Shown here piece by piece: positions 1-13,800 of a stretch of 64,000 bases of DNA (positions are counted from its first letter, which is position 1; the number at the start of each line of letters is the position of its first letter). The notes below the pieces were generated by a model. That model did no database searches. It worked only from the letters and a program-made list of their open reading frames with translations, and was not told the origin of the DNA. Where the stretch lies: assembly GCA_965153285.1 (NCBI GenBank), contig OZ229112.1. One strand, given 5' to 3'. Origin of the DNA: Podarcis tiliguerta. Lineage: Eukaryota. The position numbers and the translations under genes are program-made.

Positions 1-20
1 TGTAACCCGAGGTACCACTG
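1..20. mobile_element. End of a Tc1/mariner-type MITE, cut by the window edge
   Basis: TGTAACCCGAGGTACCACTG followed by TA; reverse complement of the TIR at 56736. Confidence 0.8.
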
Positions 21-1761
21 TACTATTTTCGTGTAACTTGCTCACGTCCTGGGATTTCCAAAAAGCTACTCACTATTTTGCATGCCTACGTACAAGAACA
101 GGAGAAATTTTCCAAGCGACTTTCTTTGTCATTTTGCTGTTTACCTGATATAACATTTGATTGAATTATTTTATTACACTTTGTATTATAATATTACTAA
201 TAAGGATAACCAGTGTTAGATCACCTGTATTTTAAATGTGCTTGATTTATTTTTAAAAAATACAAGGCTTAAAACTGGACATCATTCCATGTACAGTATC
301 TCTAATATAGTTCTTTTAGGGGGAAAAGTAAAGTGGATTTTTAATGTATAATTAAAACAAGAAAGTTTTATTTTGAAATACTTATTCTCATCTTAAAAGC
401 ATTATAAAAAGCATGAATAATGGTTGGCCTCCTTATAGAATCCTCTTTTATAGATTTAAGCTTTATAGGCTAGGAGTTAAATGAGACTTAATCGTAAGTG
501 TATATATGTTTGTAGCCTACAAGTTACAATATATACTGTTCTGACCTCCTTGAAAAATGCACTGCTGCTTTTTAGTATTGGCAGCTATAGAAATAAAATG
601 AATAGTTCTAAAGCTTAGACTGAAATTCTGAATATAAATGTATCCATCAGATTTAATGAAAAGAATTCCCAAAGTGAATATAATTCAAGTACACTTCCAA
701 TCTCAGCAGTCTTATATGATGGGAGGAAGCTCGTTTCAGTTTCACAATGCTTTGAATTTTTCCACTTTCATAATAAATAAATATTGCAGGGTTTTTGGTC
801 GCCCTCTAAGGAAATGCAGTGCATTCTTAAAATATAGTGTTGAATACTGACAATGATAACCTGTTTATACAATGACCTGGTTTTCACATAACGCTAAGCC
901 AAACTATGGGTAATTGCAAATTTTCAGGTGTCCAGAGAAGCTTGGCTGCTTTTCTCCTCCTCCAGTCCTGCTGCTGTGAGCTAAAATGTGAGATGTAAGC
1001 CATAGAACAAACATTGACTACAGCTCAACAGCTCATGGTGTGCCTAAACTAGAGCATGATAAACCAGAAGCTTGGGTTCATACACAACATGACACAACAT
1101 GCCAAACCATCACATGGCTCACAGCAGCAGGACCAAAGCAGCCATTGTCTTATCTTGGAGCTTGCATGTTTGCTCCCATAGTTTGACTTGGTATTATGTG
1201 CAAACTGGGCAACTGAAAACGATTGCTGAATTCCAATGGCACACTGCAAACAAAACATGGGGGGGGTGTGCTTATTATCTAATTTAACATTCTGTTAAAG
1301 AGTGATAAAGGATTCCCTGCACAGAATTTAATTAAAATCTAAGCTAATAAAAGCAAATTCTATCAATATTTTAGATAGATTAAGGAAGGATGGTAAATGT
1401 ATTCTGCATACTATTAATAATTCTGCTAGCTTTGTCCCATTGCATTCAATAATAAGCTACTGAAGACTTACCCCACACACCACCCCGTTACTGCACAAGT
1501 GGCATTTCCACATAGAGTCACATGAAATGTGCGTAGATTGTGTATCACAAATGCAAATGCTTGTTTTGCTATAAGTGCTAAAAGTGTTACCTAAAAGTGT
1601 TACCTTGCTCATATGTGTGTGGGTTTCATGTAAATTCCTGCAAGCAAATGCCATTTGCAATGCTCTATATGATGATTTCTCTCTAATTGTCTTCTTGCTC
1701 AATCAAAAACTTTTAGCTATAAGTGATATTGCCATTTCGTCTTTTTGTTTTGTTTTTCTAG

Positions 1762-1881
1762 TTATCAGGAGTGCTTGATGACTGCTTATGCGACATAGAG
1801 AGCACTGATGACTTCAACAATGTTAAGATCTTCCCCCAAATACAGAAACTTCTAGAACGGGACTATTTCAGATACTACAAG
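1762..1881 (+). CDS. ERO1B: ERO1B exon 2
   Basis: tttctag|TTATCA...TACAAG|gtaga; [40 protein letters not shown]. Confidence 0.95.
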
Positions 1882-4800
1882 GTAGAGTAAAAAATGTCCT
1901 ATTACTATATAGTTTAGTGCAGACATTCTCAGACACTGTGCTCCTTGGTCCATGTGAGTGAGCTGAAAACTACTGAGGCCCACCATTTACAAACTGGTGG
2001 TGATATTTTCTGTTGATACCTAACCTCTCTTTGGAAATTACTAAATTCTATGGCATAGTAGTTTTCTTGTCGAAAGGAGTTCCATCATTCAGACTTTTAT
2101 CTGGGGGTTATTTGCCAATACAAGGCTCTAAATGGAGAAGGCTTTTTATTTTATATCCACCCCGGCATTTTTCTTTAATGTATGTTTACTCTATCTGCTG
2201 TCACTTTTTCTCTTTTCCTTCTTAACCTAGCCCAAAAGTGTTAGTTTCTTTCATCCCTGCTTTTTTACATTTACTTCTCCCTCCTTTAACAACTTTCTTC
2301 TCGTAACTCTTTCCCCTCTCTTACCACTTTGTTCTATTTTTTAAAATAATGTTTTATCTCTTTTTAAATTCCTATGGGAAGCAAGACCTCTCATCTCTCT
2401 CTTTCTCTTTCCCTCCTTCTGCTCCCAGCTTCTGTCCCACAGGCACCTTTACTCAGTATGCAGGGAATTGGCATCCATCCAACCAAAAGGCTACAGTATG
2501 ATCAGGGATGGGGTGGGTAAGGGAGGATGCACTGCATTGGCAGTGGAAAGAAGATTAAGTCCCACTGGTGGTCCTGGCTTATCGCTTGAGAAACAGTGGC
2601 TTAGTGAAATCGATTTTTCTTTCTCTGTTCTCCTACGAAGTAAAAGAAATACAGGGTTTATAGTAAAACTGTACTAAAAATCAAACCTACCTCAAAGCTT
2701 CAAATTAGTGTGGAAAGGAAATACACTGTGGGTTGGAAGAGCAGTAATGTACTCTGAAACACTATATACCGTTGTTGGATTTCTTAACCTGCCCATTACC
2801 ATAAGGTCCCAGAATAGGTCACAACAATATAAAAATACAAAATTGAAATTAATTAAAACCTTTTACAATCACAAAACATAAACTCAATATGTTCTGGTAG
2901 TTTTTGGAAAAAACCAACCTCATTTTGATGTAACTGCTGTCTTCAGAACCTGGAATTGGCTTCAGGTAAGTTGGTTAGCCTTTTCTTTCTTAATGGAATT
3001 GGTTAAAAACAGTACCTGAAGAATTAAATGAAAACCTTATCAGGTTTGAGCAAACAATGATGACCAAATGTAGCTAACGTCCTTCGGAATTGCTTGATCC
3101 AAGGTGTACTATAGTGAAAGTAAACTAATGTTAGATAAATGCTGTCTTCTGTGAATGTGAAGCAGATACAGTCTACACCTGTTGCTTTTGGAATTTGCTC
3201 TTGATAAGCTGTATAACTGAAGGTTATAACATTTAATGTGGCCATTTCTGTTTCATACAGTGCTGTATCAAAATAGTTGTAAGTTTATCATCCACCCTCT
3301 CCCCTCTAATCTCTCCCCCTACCTCCGGATACCATATTGTGTTACATTGAACGTAACCAAAAGACTTTATAATCTGAAGAATAACAACAACAAAATATAT
3401 TGTATGTTCTTTTGTAGTTCATGAAAATCTGTAATATTTTTTAAAAGAATAAAAGAAAAATTATTACCCTTTGTAAAGTATTCTGTAGTCCAGCTACCAA
3501 CTTCATTGGCAATTGTGCTAGAAATTTTGTTAACACTTAGGATTTTCTGTTTTATTGTTCACCGCATCTTCATATATAATTTTTTGTTCCACCTGTCCTC
3601 TTCCCACTCACAGAATGACCAAAGATAACCATTTTTATTTATTTTATTTTTGCAACCATGTTGCAAAAAAAAAAAAAAAAAGTGTTTTAAAAAGGAACTT
3701 CCTCTTGTGCAGGGCAAGTTCCCTGAATTCTGTCCATCTTTCATCATCCCTTGTAGGCCTCTGAGTCCCATCTAATTTTATTACAAGGATCATTGGTGGG
3801 ACCCAGAAAGGCCTAGCACACATGTACAGGTCATGCCTCTCTGGATCCAACCCTGTGTTTTTAATAGTAGCTGTGTAGTCATTATGAACAACTGGCTTAG
3901 TCAGAAGGTGCCTATTAGAAAATGTAATGTTTCTCCCCAGTTGCCTGTTGCTAAAAACAATTTCCTCTTTGACTCCATCCCACCCCAAAAAGAGTGCTAT
4001 GTATTACTTCGATTCGACTAAAAAGATTTTAACTTCTTTATCTTGCTTATGACATTTTTCGTATCCAGCAGCAGTTGATAAAAATGTTGCATAAGCTATA
4101 TGAGTCATTTGTTGGATTACTGTGTGAACTCTACACATTTAAAAGTAGTTTAGGTTTAATTGGGAAAGATTTGTCCTAATTAAAAATTTGAAACAATATT
4201 CTAAACTTTCTGAACTTGCATGTGGGATACGTGCACTGTAGCAACTGTAGCTCACTTTTTTTTGCAAAATTTGAGGCCTGTGTATATTAAAGGAAACTGA
4301 AACTTTTCAGTTATCAAAGTGTGGAATAGAAATGAACTATTTTAAATGTAAGATTCCAACAGACCAGGTTTGATTTAAGGAATGCTGTAATCTTTTAAAG
4401 AATATCTAAGTGGTGCATATCAGCTGTGGCTGCAATTGTATGTTAGATAAGTCCTTGTGCTATGGTTGAAAGAGGATTAAGAATATTTGATCTTGGAAAC
4501 TGTCTTCCTTTGCACTGATACCATTAATACTGTTGATGTAACTTGAAGTGGGGGCTTGCATTTTAAAGCTTAAGCTTCCTGGAAGACGTGTGATTCCTGT
4601 TTAATCTGGATGTGCTGGATCTGCTTGATTACAAACAACACTTGTGAGGTTATTCTGTGGAAATCTTTGGCTGAATCTTTTTTATATTAAATATATTACA
4701 ATCAAATTGCACAAACAAATCTCTAGCACACCAATAAAACAAAACACAAGCAATAAGGAACATTTTCAACATAGGTTCATACAACTATATTCGCTGCAAG

Positions 4801-7800
4801 ACATCAACATTTGACAAGTAACTGATTCGATTATGGGTGTTCCTATTTTCATTATCTTGAAAAAATTAGAAGATTTTGCAGTGTTAAAAAGTATAATAAT
4901 AGTTCTTTCTTAGCAATAGGTACATAAGAATTTTCAAAAGACAATGGATAGGATTGTTTTGTTCTTTCAGCTCTTTTTATTTAACTGTTTGTAAAGCTTT
5001 ATTGGCACATCACTGCGGCTTCCCACTTCCCCCTTTGATGAATTGAGTAACTTGCAGAATTCAGGTTCAGCAACCTCTCTGATCAAGAACTTTTACAAAA
5101 TAGGTCAAGTAACATCAATCACATTTTGTACTGATCATTCATGTGAGGCCAGAGAAGGCACAAAAAAGCACTGGACTGTATTTTGTGCTGTGGTATTGAG
5201 ATGTTGTTAATGCAATCAAATCAAATTATTCCCAGAAGAAAGCTTCAGAAATTGCTTGTGCGGGCACCCCACCCCATGCTTGTAGCTGGCTCATATTTTT
5301 AAGTCAACCGAATAAATGAAAACTCCAGATATTTGTTTGCTGAGCACTAATCTTTCACCTTTTTTATAAGAAAGCTTAATCTATTGAAGGGAAGTTTCCC
5401 TATTTAGTTCAAAATTAATTGACTGACAGCATGTATATGTTTCTTGGTTTTAAGGTCAATCTGAAGAGACCCTGTCCTTTTTGGGCTGACGATGGCCATT
5501 GTTCTATCAGAGATTGCCATGTAGAGCCTTGTCCTGAGGTATGTTTGCAAATAAAGGAGGAAACCAGAATAGTATTGCCTTTGTGGAACAGAATAATATG
5601 GAACTTTACTCACTGCCATTTTTGCAAGAGTTTGCATAACACTGATATGATTCTGTGTTGATGGGAGTGGGGGTTAACATACTTTAGAGTTGCAGGAAGT
5701 TTGACAGCTTTTATTGGCAACACATTGACTGCTGTTGGAAAGCTACTTTGCTAGTGAAATTTTAGTTTTGTGTAAAGATAGGCAACTGTAGTTCAGTTTA
5801 AATAGCAGATAAGATAACTTCGGAGCTCAAAGGGTACTATCTTTCAGTGCTATTAATGACAGTAATACGACAGGGGCTTAAAGTGTGTTTAGATTTTTGG
5901 CCATCATATTATGAACAGTTCTGATTTAAATGCTAACTCATCCTAAGCTTTTCATAGAGAAGTTCCACTGACCTTTTTTCAATGAGCTTGCTTACTAGTA
6001 AATGTGCATAGGGTACCCATAGCAAAAATGGTAAAATCATAAATGAAATGGAACTGTATCCCAGTGTGGAGTATTGATGCTCAAAAGGTTTCTTGCTGGC
6101 GTGGCTCATTGATTTAGCAATCTTTAGTTAGTCAGTGTTGAGAATGAGCGGGTTGCGAATGAAAAGGTTGAATAATCATGTAACTTGTTTGCTTCTTCTA
6201 GAGTAAAGTACCAGTTGGAATTAAAGCTGGGAGTGCTAACAAAGTGAGTAAGCTCTTCTGAAATAAAAAATATGGACTTTTCTGCCCCCCACTGCACTAG
6301 GAAAACATCTGACTGGCATGATGCATTTGCCTCAGATGCAAGAAATAGCTATCTACTCCTGCTTCTTTAGCAGCTGACATAGCATTGTGCTATGTTTACC
6401 CAGTGGTGAAGCATGATGGTGCATTCTAGGTGCTGTTTGTATAGGAGTGCATTCCCCCCCCCCTCCTATGAGAGAGAATTGAAGCTGGCAGCAGTGCTAG
6501 GAAGTCCCACTGTGTTTCCTTGCCATGGATACAGTTGATGAGGCTCTCTGGGCTCCCCCCTCCCAACCTTGTTTTCCAAGGTGATCAGAAGCTAAGTGGG
6601 CCAAACCTGGTAGCATGGGCAGCTGGTCAGGAAGCTTTTATAATGTAGCTTCCTGTTAAACAGTCACTTGTAAAATTGCCTCTGGGGGGAAATGTTAAGC
6701 AAACACTGAAAATACTTCTCCTTAATGCATACTTAAATCCCAGATATGCATATATAAATAAAAATTAGTGATAGTAGAATTTATGGCCTGCAGTACCATA
6801 AATGTGCATAAGAATAGAAGCTTCTGTCTCTGGTCCAGAGAATGGTAATACTTGGAAATATTAAGTGCATTTAATGCTTGTGAGGTGTTACCTCGCTTGT
6901 CAGTCATGGCTGCATTGAGTAAGTGACAGGCAAATGCCCTAAAGATTTAAAACGAAAAATATATTTGTTGGTGATATTAAATATCATATACTCTGCCTTG
7001 CAGTATTCAAAGAAAGCAAACCATACCAAAGAACTCGAAGACTGTGAACAAGCTAACAAACTAGGAGCAATTAATAGTACATTAAGGTAAGCCCTTTTTT
7101 CATTGTTAACTGGAGTGGCAAGGCTTGATATATTTAGCTCTTTTTGGACTTTTCTCCATACATACTATTCTTGTAAGTTCTGTGGTAAAGAGAACATGCC
7201 AGTGTTAGATTTCACTTACACAAAACATATTTATTTGTAGCTGTTGTCCAAACATACTTTTATCAGTTAAACTAAAAAGACATGATGAATACAAACGGAG
7301 GAAGCAAGCTGTTCCAGATATTGACGCCTAGTTTTCAGAACTGTTTCTCTGCTGGTAGTACTGTACGTAGGCATTAATTTTGAAATTCACTTGCAGACTG
7401 TGCTGAATTTTTCCTCCGTTTTCTTTCAACCAAGTTCTGTGTGCTAATGCTAGATAAAGAGTAAGGATTAAAAAGTGATACAACAGCATATAAACATGTT
7501 TGCTAGCATGATGGTCTCAAGGATAGCTATCTAAACAAACTAGTGCTATGTATCTGGGCTGAATATACAATTCTAGTGTTAATTATAAACTAGTGCTGTA
7601 TGAAAGCTTGGCAGTTGATTACTTGTCGTGTTACTTCATGAGAAATTAGTTGCACTTTATGCTCTTACGACAGTTTCATGTAGTCAGTGTTAGATTCATA
7701 AGATTACTTTTATTAAAAAAAAAGCCTTTTCATTTTTGTGAGCTTCCTTGAAGGTCCTTTTGGGACGATGTCAGTAGCAAACTCTGTTTTTAAAAGTGAT

Positions 7801-10800
7801 GGGAAAAATATAAAAATGAAAAATGAGACTATATTATGTCCATTTACCACTAGTCTATTTTTTCTCCTTTCCACAGCAACCAAAGTAAAGAGGCTTTCAT
7901 TGACTGGGCCAGATATGATGATTCACAGGACCATTTTTGTGAACCGGATGGTAAATTTGTTCATTCTTTTGAACTATCTTTTATAAGGCAATGTGTAGCT
8001 AAGTCAATTGAAAATCATCTTCATGTACTTCACAAAAGAGAAAGTATGCCAAAATATTTATAATGTGCTCTTAAAAAACAGCCTCAATTCTGATCTTCCA
8101 AACCAAAAGGAACCGTGGGCTCATGCAATCCCCGTCTCTTAGTTTTAGCACTAAACATAGTTTGCTGTGAAGAGTAAACCTATTAAAGATCAACACCCCC
8201 AATTGTGGGTCCCGATATAGCCAAGACAGTACCACCTGTGAACAAGAGGACGGGTATCAGCAGGATCCAAAGAACCCAACTCTTTTCAGAAGCAGAAGTA
8301 TTTCTGAGAGAAGAAAAGACTGAGGACTGAGCACATTCGGTGGCAATGAAATGCTGACTTAAGGGTGGTGGAAATGATGACACAGAAATCCAGATGTGAG
8401 GGACAAGCATATGGAGTATCCTTGAAGATGGCTTGGCTGGCTGGAATCCTGAATAGGCATCCTCTACATTGCCACATTTGGTTGCAGGTCCCACTTGTAC
8501 AGTCCAAATCTTCAAATACTGTTAATAATTTTAAACCAGAATAGGCTTAATTTAAATAGGAAAACTAAGGCGGGATAAGAAACCCTCTTCAAGCCATGAC
8601 TTCTGATTGTGATTTGCAGTGCAAACACTGATCATTATTTACCAATTTGGACATAATTGAAAGTCACTGTGAACATTATATGGGAAACGGAGAATGTGGC
8701 ACTTATTCAATAATTTTTTCTAAAGGCGAGAGAGAGCTAAATCTCTTCTTGTTCATAATCTACCAACCTATGATTTGCAAGATCATCTGACCTGTACCCT
8801 AGTATTGTGCTTGGAAAGTGTTGGATCAGCTAGTGTCCAAAGGCCTCAAGTTGCAAAAACAAAGCAAAAGACCTAACAAAATGTTGCATTCCAAGTCAAA
8901 GAGAGGAGAGAGGATGAAGGACACTCAACATCAAAAGTGCTGAAAACAGCTCTTACAATAAATATTCATTCTAGAACCAGTTATAAGCCCATGTATACAG
9001 CTGCCTTGTCTTCTTATCTGGGTCTTCTCCTTTTTAAAGGTAAAGGTAAAGGTACCCCTGCCCGTACGGGCCAGTCTTGACAGACTCTAGGGTTGTGCGC
9101 CCATCTCAGTTAAGAGGCCGGGGGCCAGCGCTGTCCACAGACACTTCCGGGTCACGTGGCCAGCGTGACATCGCTGCTCTGGCGAGCCAGAGCCGCACAC
9201 GGAAATGCCGTTTACCTTCCCGCTAGTAAGCGGTCCCTATTTATCTACTTGCACCCCGGAGTGCTTTTGAACTGCTAGGTTGGCAGGCGCTGGGACCGAA
9301 CAATGGGAGCGCACCCCGCTGCGGGGATTCGAACCGCCGACCTTTCGATCAGCAAGCCCTAGGCGCTGAGGCTTTTTACCCACAGCGCCACCCGCGTCCC
9401 TTAAACACTCTGTGAGGTGAGTGGAGCTGAGAGACTTCAGAGAAGTGTGACTAGCCCAAGGTCACCCAGCAGCTGCATGTGGAGGAGCGGGGAATTGAAC
9501 CCGGTTCCCCAGATTACGAGTCCACCGCTCTGAACCACTACACCACACTGGCTCTCTTCTCCTTTTTATGTGGTTATAATTAGTATTAGATAAACAAGTT
9601 AAATTAAGAAAGTTAAAATGTGTTCCCCATAACTGGAAATTAGGCTCCTTTAATAAAATACTGTACTCACATGTGTAATTGTGCATGTTTGAAGTGTACG
9701 TAATGAGTAACTTGGTACTCCTGTTCTATCTAGTTTCCCAGCATTTTGCAAATAATGAAGAGGGAAGTAGCAGTAGGCTACCTGCTGAAGCATTTTACTT
9801 TGTCTAAATAAGTCTCCTGTTCCAAGTGTAGATAATAAAGGGCAAGATGTAAATAAGGTGGGGCAATTTGCCATCAGTATAAGCATCTATGTAATGTGAT
9901 CAGTAGTAATAATGCATTTGACTTTTTACATTAGTCTTCCTGTATATGTGTGTGTGTAAATGCACACACAATTGTACAATTAATGCATAATTAACATCTC
10001 TATTTCTTCTTTAGATGAGAGATCTCCTGATGCTCAGTATGTGGATTTGCTGCTGAATCCAGAACGTTACACTGGATACAAAGGGCCCTCTGCATGGAGA
10101 GTATGGAACAGTATCTATGAAGAAAATTGCTTCAAGTAACTGGGAAGGGCGGGCAGAATTTGTTTTGAAACATTTGAGATTGTTTGGATTACAAAAACAT
10201 ATTTCTAATCTCTTTTCCTTTAGGCCACGATCAGTGTATCGTCCACTAAACCCTCTGGCACCCAGCAAGGGTGGGTCACTAAATACTTTGTAATTATAAG
10301 AATGGTTTTGAAGGTTCAATATAGCCATGCCATTTAGGAAACCAGCAAGGATTTAATGAATGGAGATGGCCCACTTAATTAGACTTGCTAATGTTCCTCC
10401 CCCAAGCATTAGTGTTTGTTTATATATTCATAAGATGCATATCTTGCATTTTGATAAGTGCCCTCAAGGTGGCTTGCAAAGCAAATCATCATCATTAATG
10501 CTACATTTACTAGTTAAATGTATTAGTTGTCTATAGCCACTGCCTCTAGGCTATATACAATAAAATGTTAATGGGCCAATATTCAATACAACTATTACTC
10601 CACTATTGCTAATATAACTATTACTCTCCTGACTGGATTGAGCTTCTGATTCAGCACGCCCACTGCTCCTCCTGCTTGAGTGGACAAGGGGAAATAGAGT
10701 TGTGTGTCATCCGCATATTGGTAATAATGCCCTCTAAAATGTAATATATGAAATAAAGACACCAGCAAAAACTACAGACGGTAAAATAACATGCAAGCAG

Positions 10801-13800
10801 CAAGAGAAAAACAGTAAAGACTCAATGCCATTCAGAGCCTGTATAAAAGATAGCAGTGGAAAAAACAGGCCAAATGTCTGTGTGGATGACACAATCTCTT
10901 TGGTAGCCACCTACCTTATATCTGCAGATGAGGGGGCGCACAGAAGGACTAAAGAGGTCAGTTCAGCACTTTGAATTGGGTCCTGAAACATTGCAACAAT
11001 ATACTTACAGTATTCCATACCAGTTAACAATCTGGCCATTTCTGCATCACATGAAGTTACCAGGACTGACATACAACTCACAAAAGTAAATTAGCTTTGA
11101 TGGTACCACAGCATTGATAGTTATGGCTATCTCTCCAAGACGGGATGCTGCTAGCACCTTAACTATACTTTTCAAAAGGCACCATGAGCTATGTACGCCA
11201 CTTGTGCATCCATAAGGAACGCTGGTTCCAAAAAATAATTTGTTCTGGTTGTAATTACATTTCCCCTTGATCCCCTAATCAAATGCAACTTACATTTTAT
11301 TTGAAACTATTTGCCAGGAATAGGAAAGCAAAGCTACAATTTGCCAAAAAAAAAGAAAAAAAAGAAAAAAAAAGTTTTATGGAACTGAGATCCCTGTACA
11401 ACTCGGAAATGTAGAATTACTTTTCAAAATATCAGTAAAATTAGCAAATGCTGCAGCATTATTTGAGTTTGTTGATTCTCTATATTGCATTTAAATGTTT
11501 ATCATTGTTGTACAGTGTAAGATCATTATTTTAGTACATATATATTTGTGCCTGAACTAAATAACTGATGGGGTGAATCACAAATCAAAAAGTTTATATA
11601 TTTTAAAAATAACAGACGTGTGTTTGATTTTCGGTAGAGAAATAAGGGGAATAAATGGTTCTCATATTCTGCAACTTTCTTTTTTTTTTCAGGAGAGGAT
11701 GATGGTGAGTCTTCATAATATTCTTTACAAGTTCACTTTTACCCTTAATGTCAACTAAATACAATACATTCAGTATGCTGGATATACGGTATTTTTCCAT
11801 GTATAAGACTAGGATTTCCCCCCTTAAAAATAATGTCAAAAATTTGGGGGCGTCTTATACATGGATACATCTCCCCCAATTTTCTTAAATTGGAGTCCCC
11901 CAAAATAGGGGGCGGGGCGTCTTATACATGGGGGCATCTTATAGATGGAAAAATACGGTACATCTTTAAAATACCTCAATACTGAATACTGCTGCTGAAT
12001 TACAAGGTGAGGAGAGGGTTAAGGAGCAAGAAGTGGACAAGGAGGGAGAAAGAGAATAAAAACGTACAGAACAAGACTAGTTAGGATTTGGAACACAAAT
12101 ACTTGTCCATCCTTTTTTTGGGGGGGCGGTACTTGCAAAAATGGTGCTACTCTGATGTTTGATGTTGAAACTTGCCCCTCAAAATAGAAAAATCAATGCT
12201 TCACAATTTAAATTGTGTGAAGGTGACAGATGGAGAGTCAAGTCTTTAACAGATTCAGGTTTTCCTTAAATCATATGCCCTGTGTTTTGGTTTCTGTCTA
12301 GTGTGTTTTAAAATCTGGAATTTTGTTGAAGCTACTAATATGAATTTATTTCTGTGCTTGCAGGAGAATCTTTCTATACATGGCTAGAAGGTGAGCAAAG
12401 TACCTTGTTCATTAGCATTTCTATACCTCCAAAATAGAGGATAGCTATGTTAGTCAAGCTATGCAGCTATGAAAGTTCATTTCACAGTAAGTTCATTAGT
12501 CTCCAAAGGTACTACAGGACTCTCTAGCTGCTAGAGAGTCCTGTAGTACCTTTGGAGACGAATGAACTTACTGTGAAATGAACTTTCATAGGCTAGAGAT
12601 AAAAATGCTGTAGCCCGTGAAAGTTCATGCTACAGTTAGCTTGTTAATCTTTAAGGTTCCACATTACCTTCTGATTTTTACCTCCAGATAGATTGTAATG
12701 CATCTGTACAGCTAACACTGCAGGGTCACTTGAACTGGAGGTAGGAACTGTGCTCTTACACCTTTTGGAAACTGTAAGAGCTCAGATTGAACAGGTCTCA
12801 TTAAAATAAAGTGTTTATAAAAGTATTCGGAACAGATTATTTCCCCAAGTTTACCTCTCATCCCATAATATGCTCAAATATGCTCTCCATTAGTGCCTTT
12901 CACCAGTTTATCCTTTCCCACACCCTCCATGCCACTTCTGCACATTCAGATCCAACCTTGTTCAGACACAGTGAGAAATTGTGGGTTTCTACTACACAAA
13001 TGAATCACAATGAGCCTCAAGCTTGGCTTCTCCCCTCTTCCTCTGGTACACAGTGAAAAGGAGAGAACCACTTCCCATTTTAAACAAATCACTCTTTGAT
13101 GTCCAAACTTGTGGACCTTGTTATTGAGGAATACTTGAGTTTGGAAATCATGGCTTTATTATGGCCATAGGCAACTGTGGTTTGTTTACAATCCAACTCG
13201 AAAGCTTCAGATTTCCTTATGAGCTTGAAGAGTGGGGGGATGTTAGCCCAAGGCTCACTGTAGCCCATTACTTAGCAGAAATGCAGGCCTGTGAGTCATG
13301 CTTTCATGAGTTCGCTTTTTAACAATGCTTATTCTACCTAGGTCTCTGTCTTGAGAAACGTGTATTCTATAAGCTCATTTCTGGACTTCATGCTAGTATC
13401 AACATACATCTTTGTGCAAATTATCTACTTGAAGGTATTTTATATTTTTAATACTGTGATCATCTCCATTATTGTGGGAACTTAATTGTTATCTCTGTGC
13501 AAGCATAATTCAGTTTGTCTAAAATTGTTTTTCTCTGATTAGAAACTTGGGGGAGACCTCGTTGGGGATCCAATGTCAAAGAATTTATCCATCGCTTTGA
13601 CTCCAGTGAAACAAAAAGCGAAGGTCCAAGAAGGCTAAAAAATTTATATTTCTTATATTTGGTGGAACTACGCGCATTGTCAAAAGTTGCATCGTACTTT
13701 GAGCGTTCTATTGTAGATCTTTACACTGGAAATTCCCAAGAGGATACAGAGACAAAGTCCCTCTTGTTAGAAATCTTCAGGGACACAAAGTAAGTGTGCC

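Noticed and set aside
9480-9554. tRNA-like sequence (also at 53480-53556 and in Sauria heads)
   Set aside because: SINE heads continuing into SINE bodies, not tRNA genes
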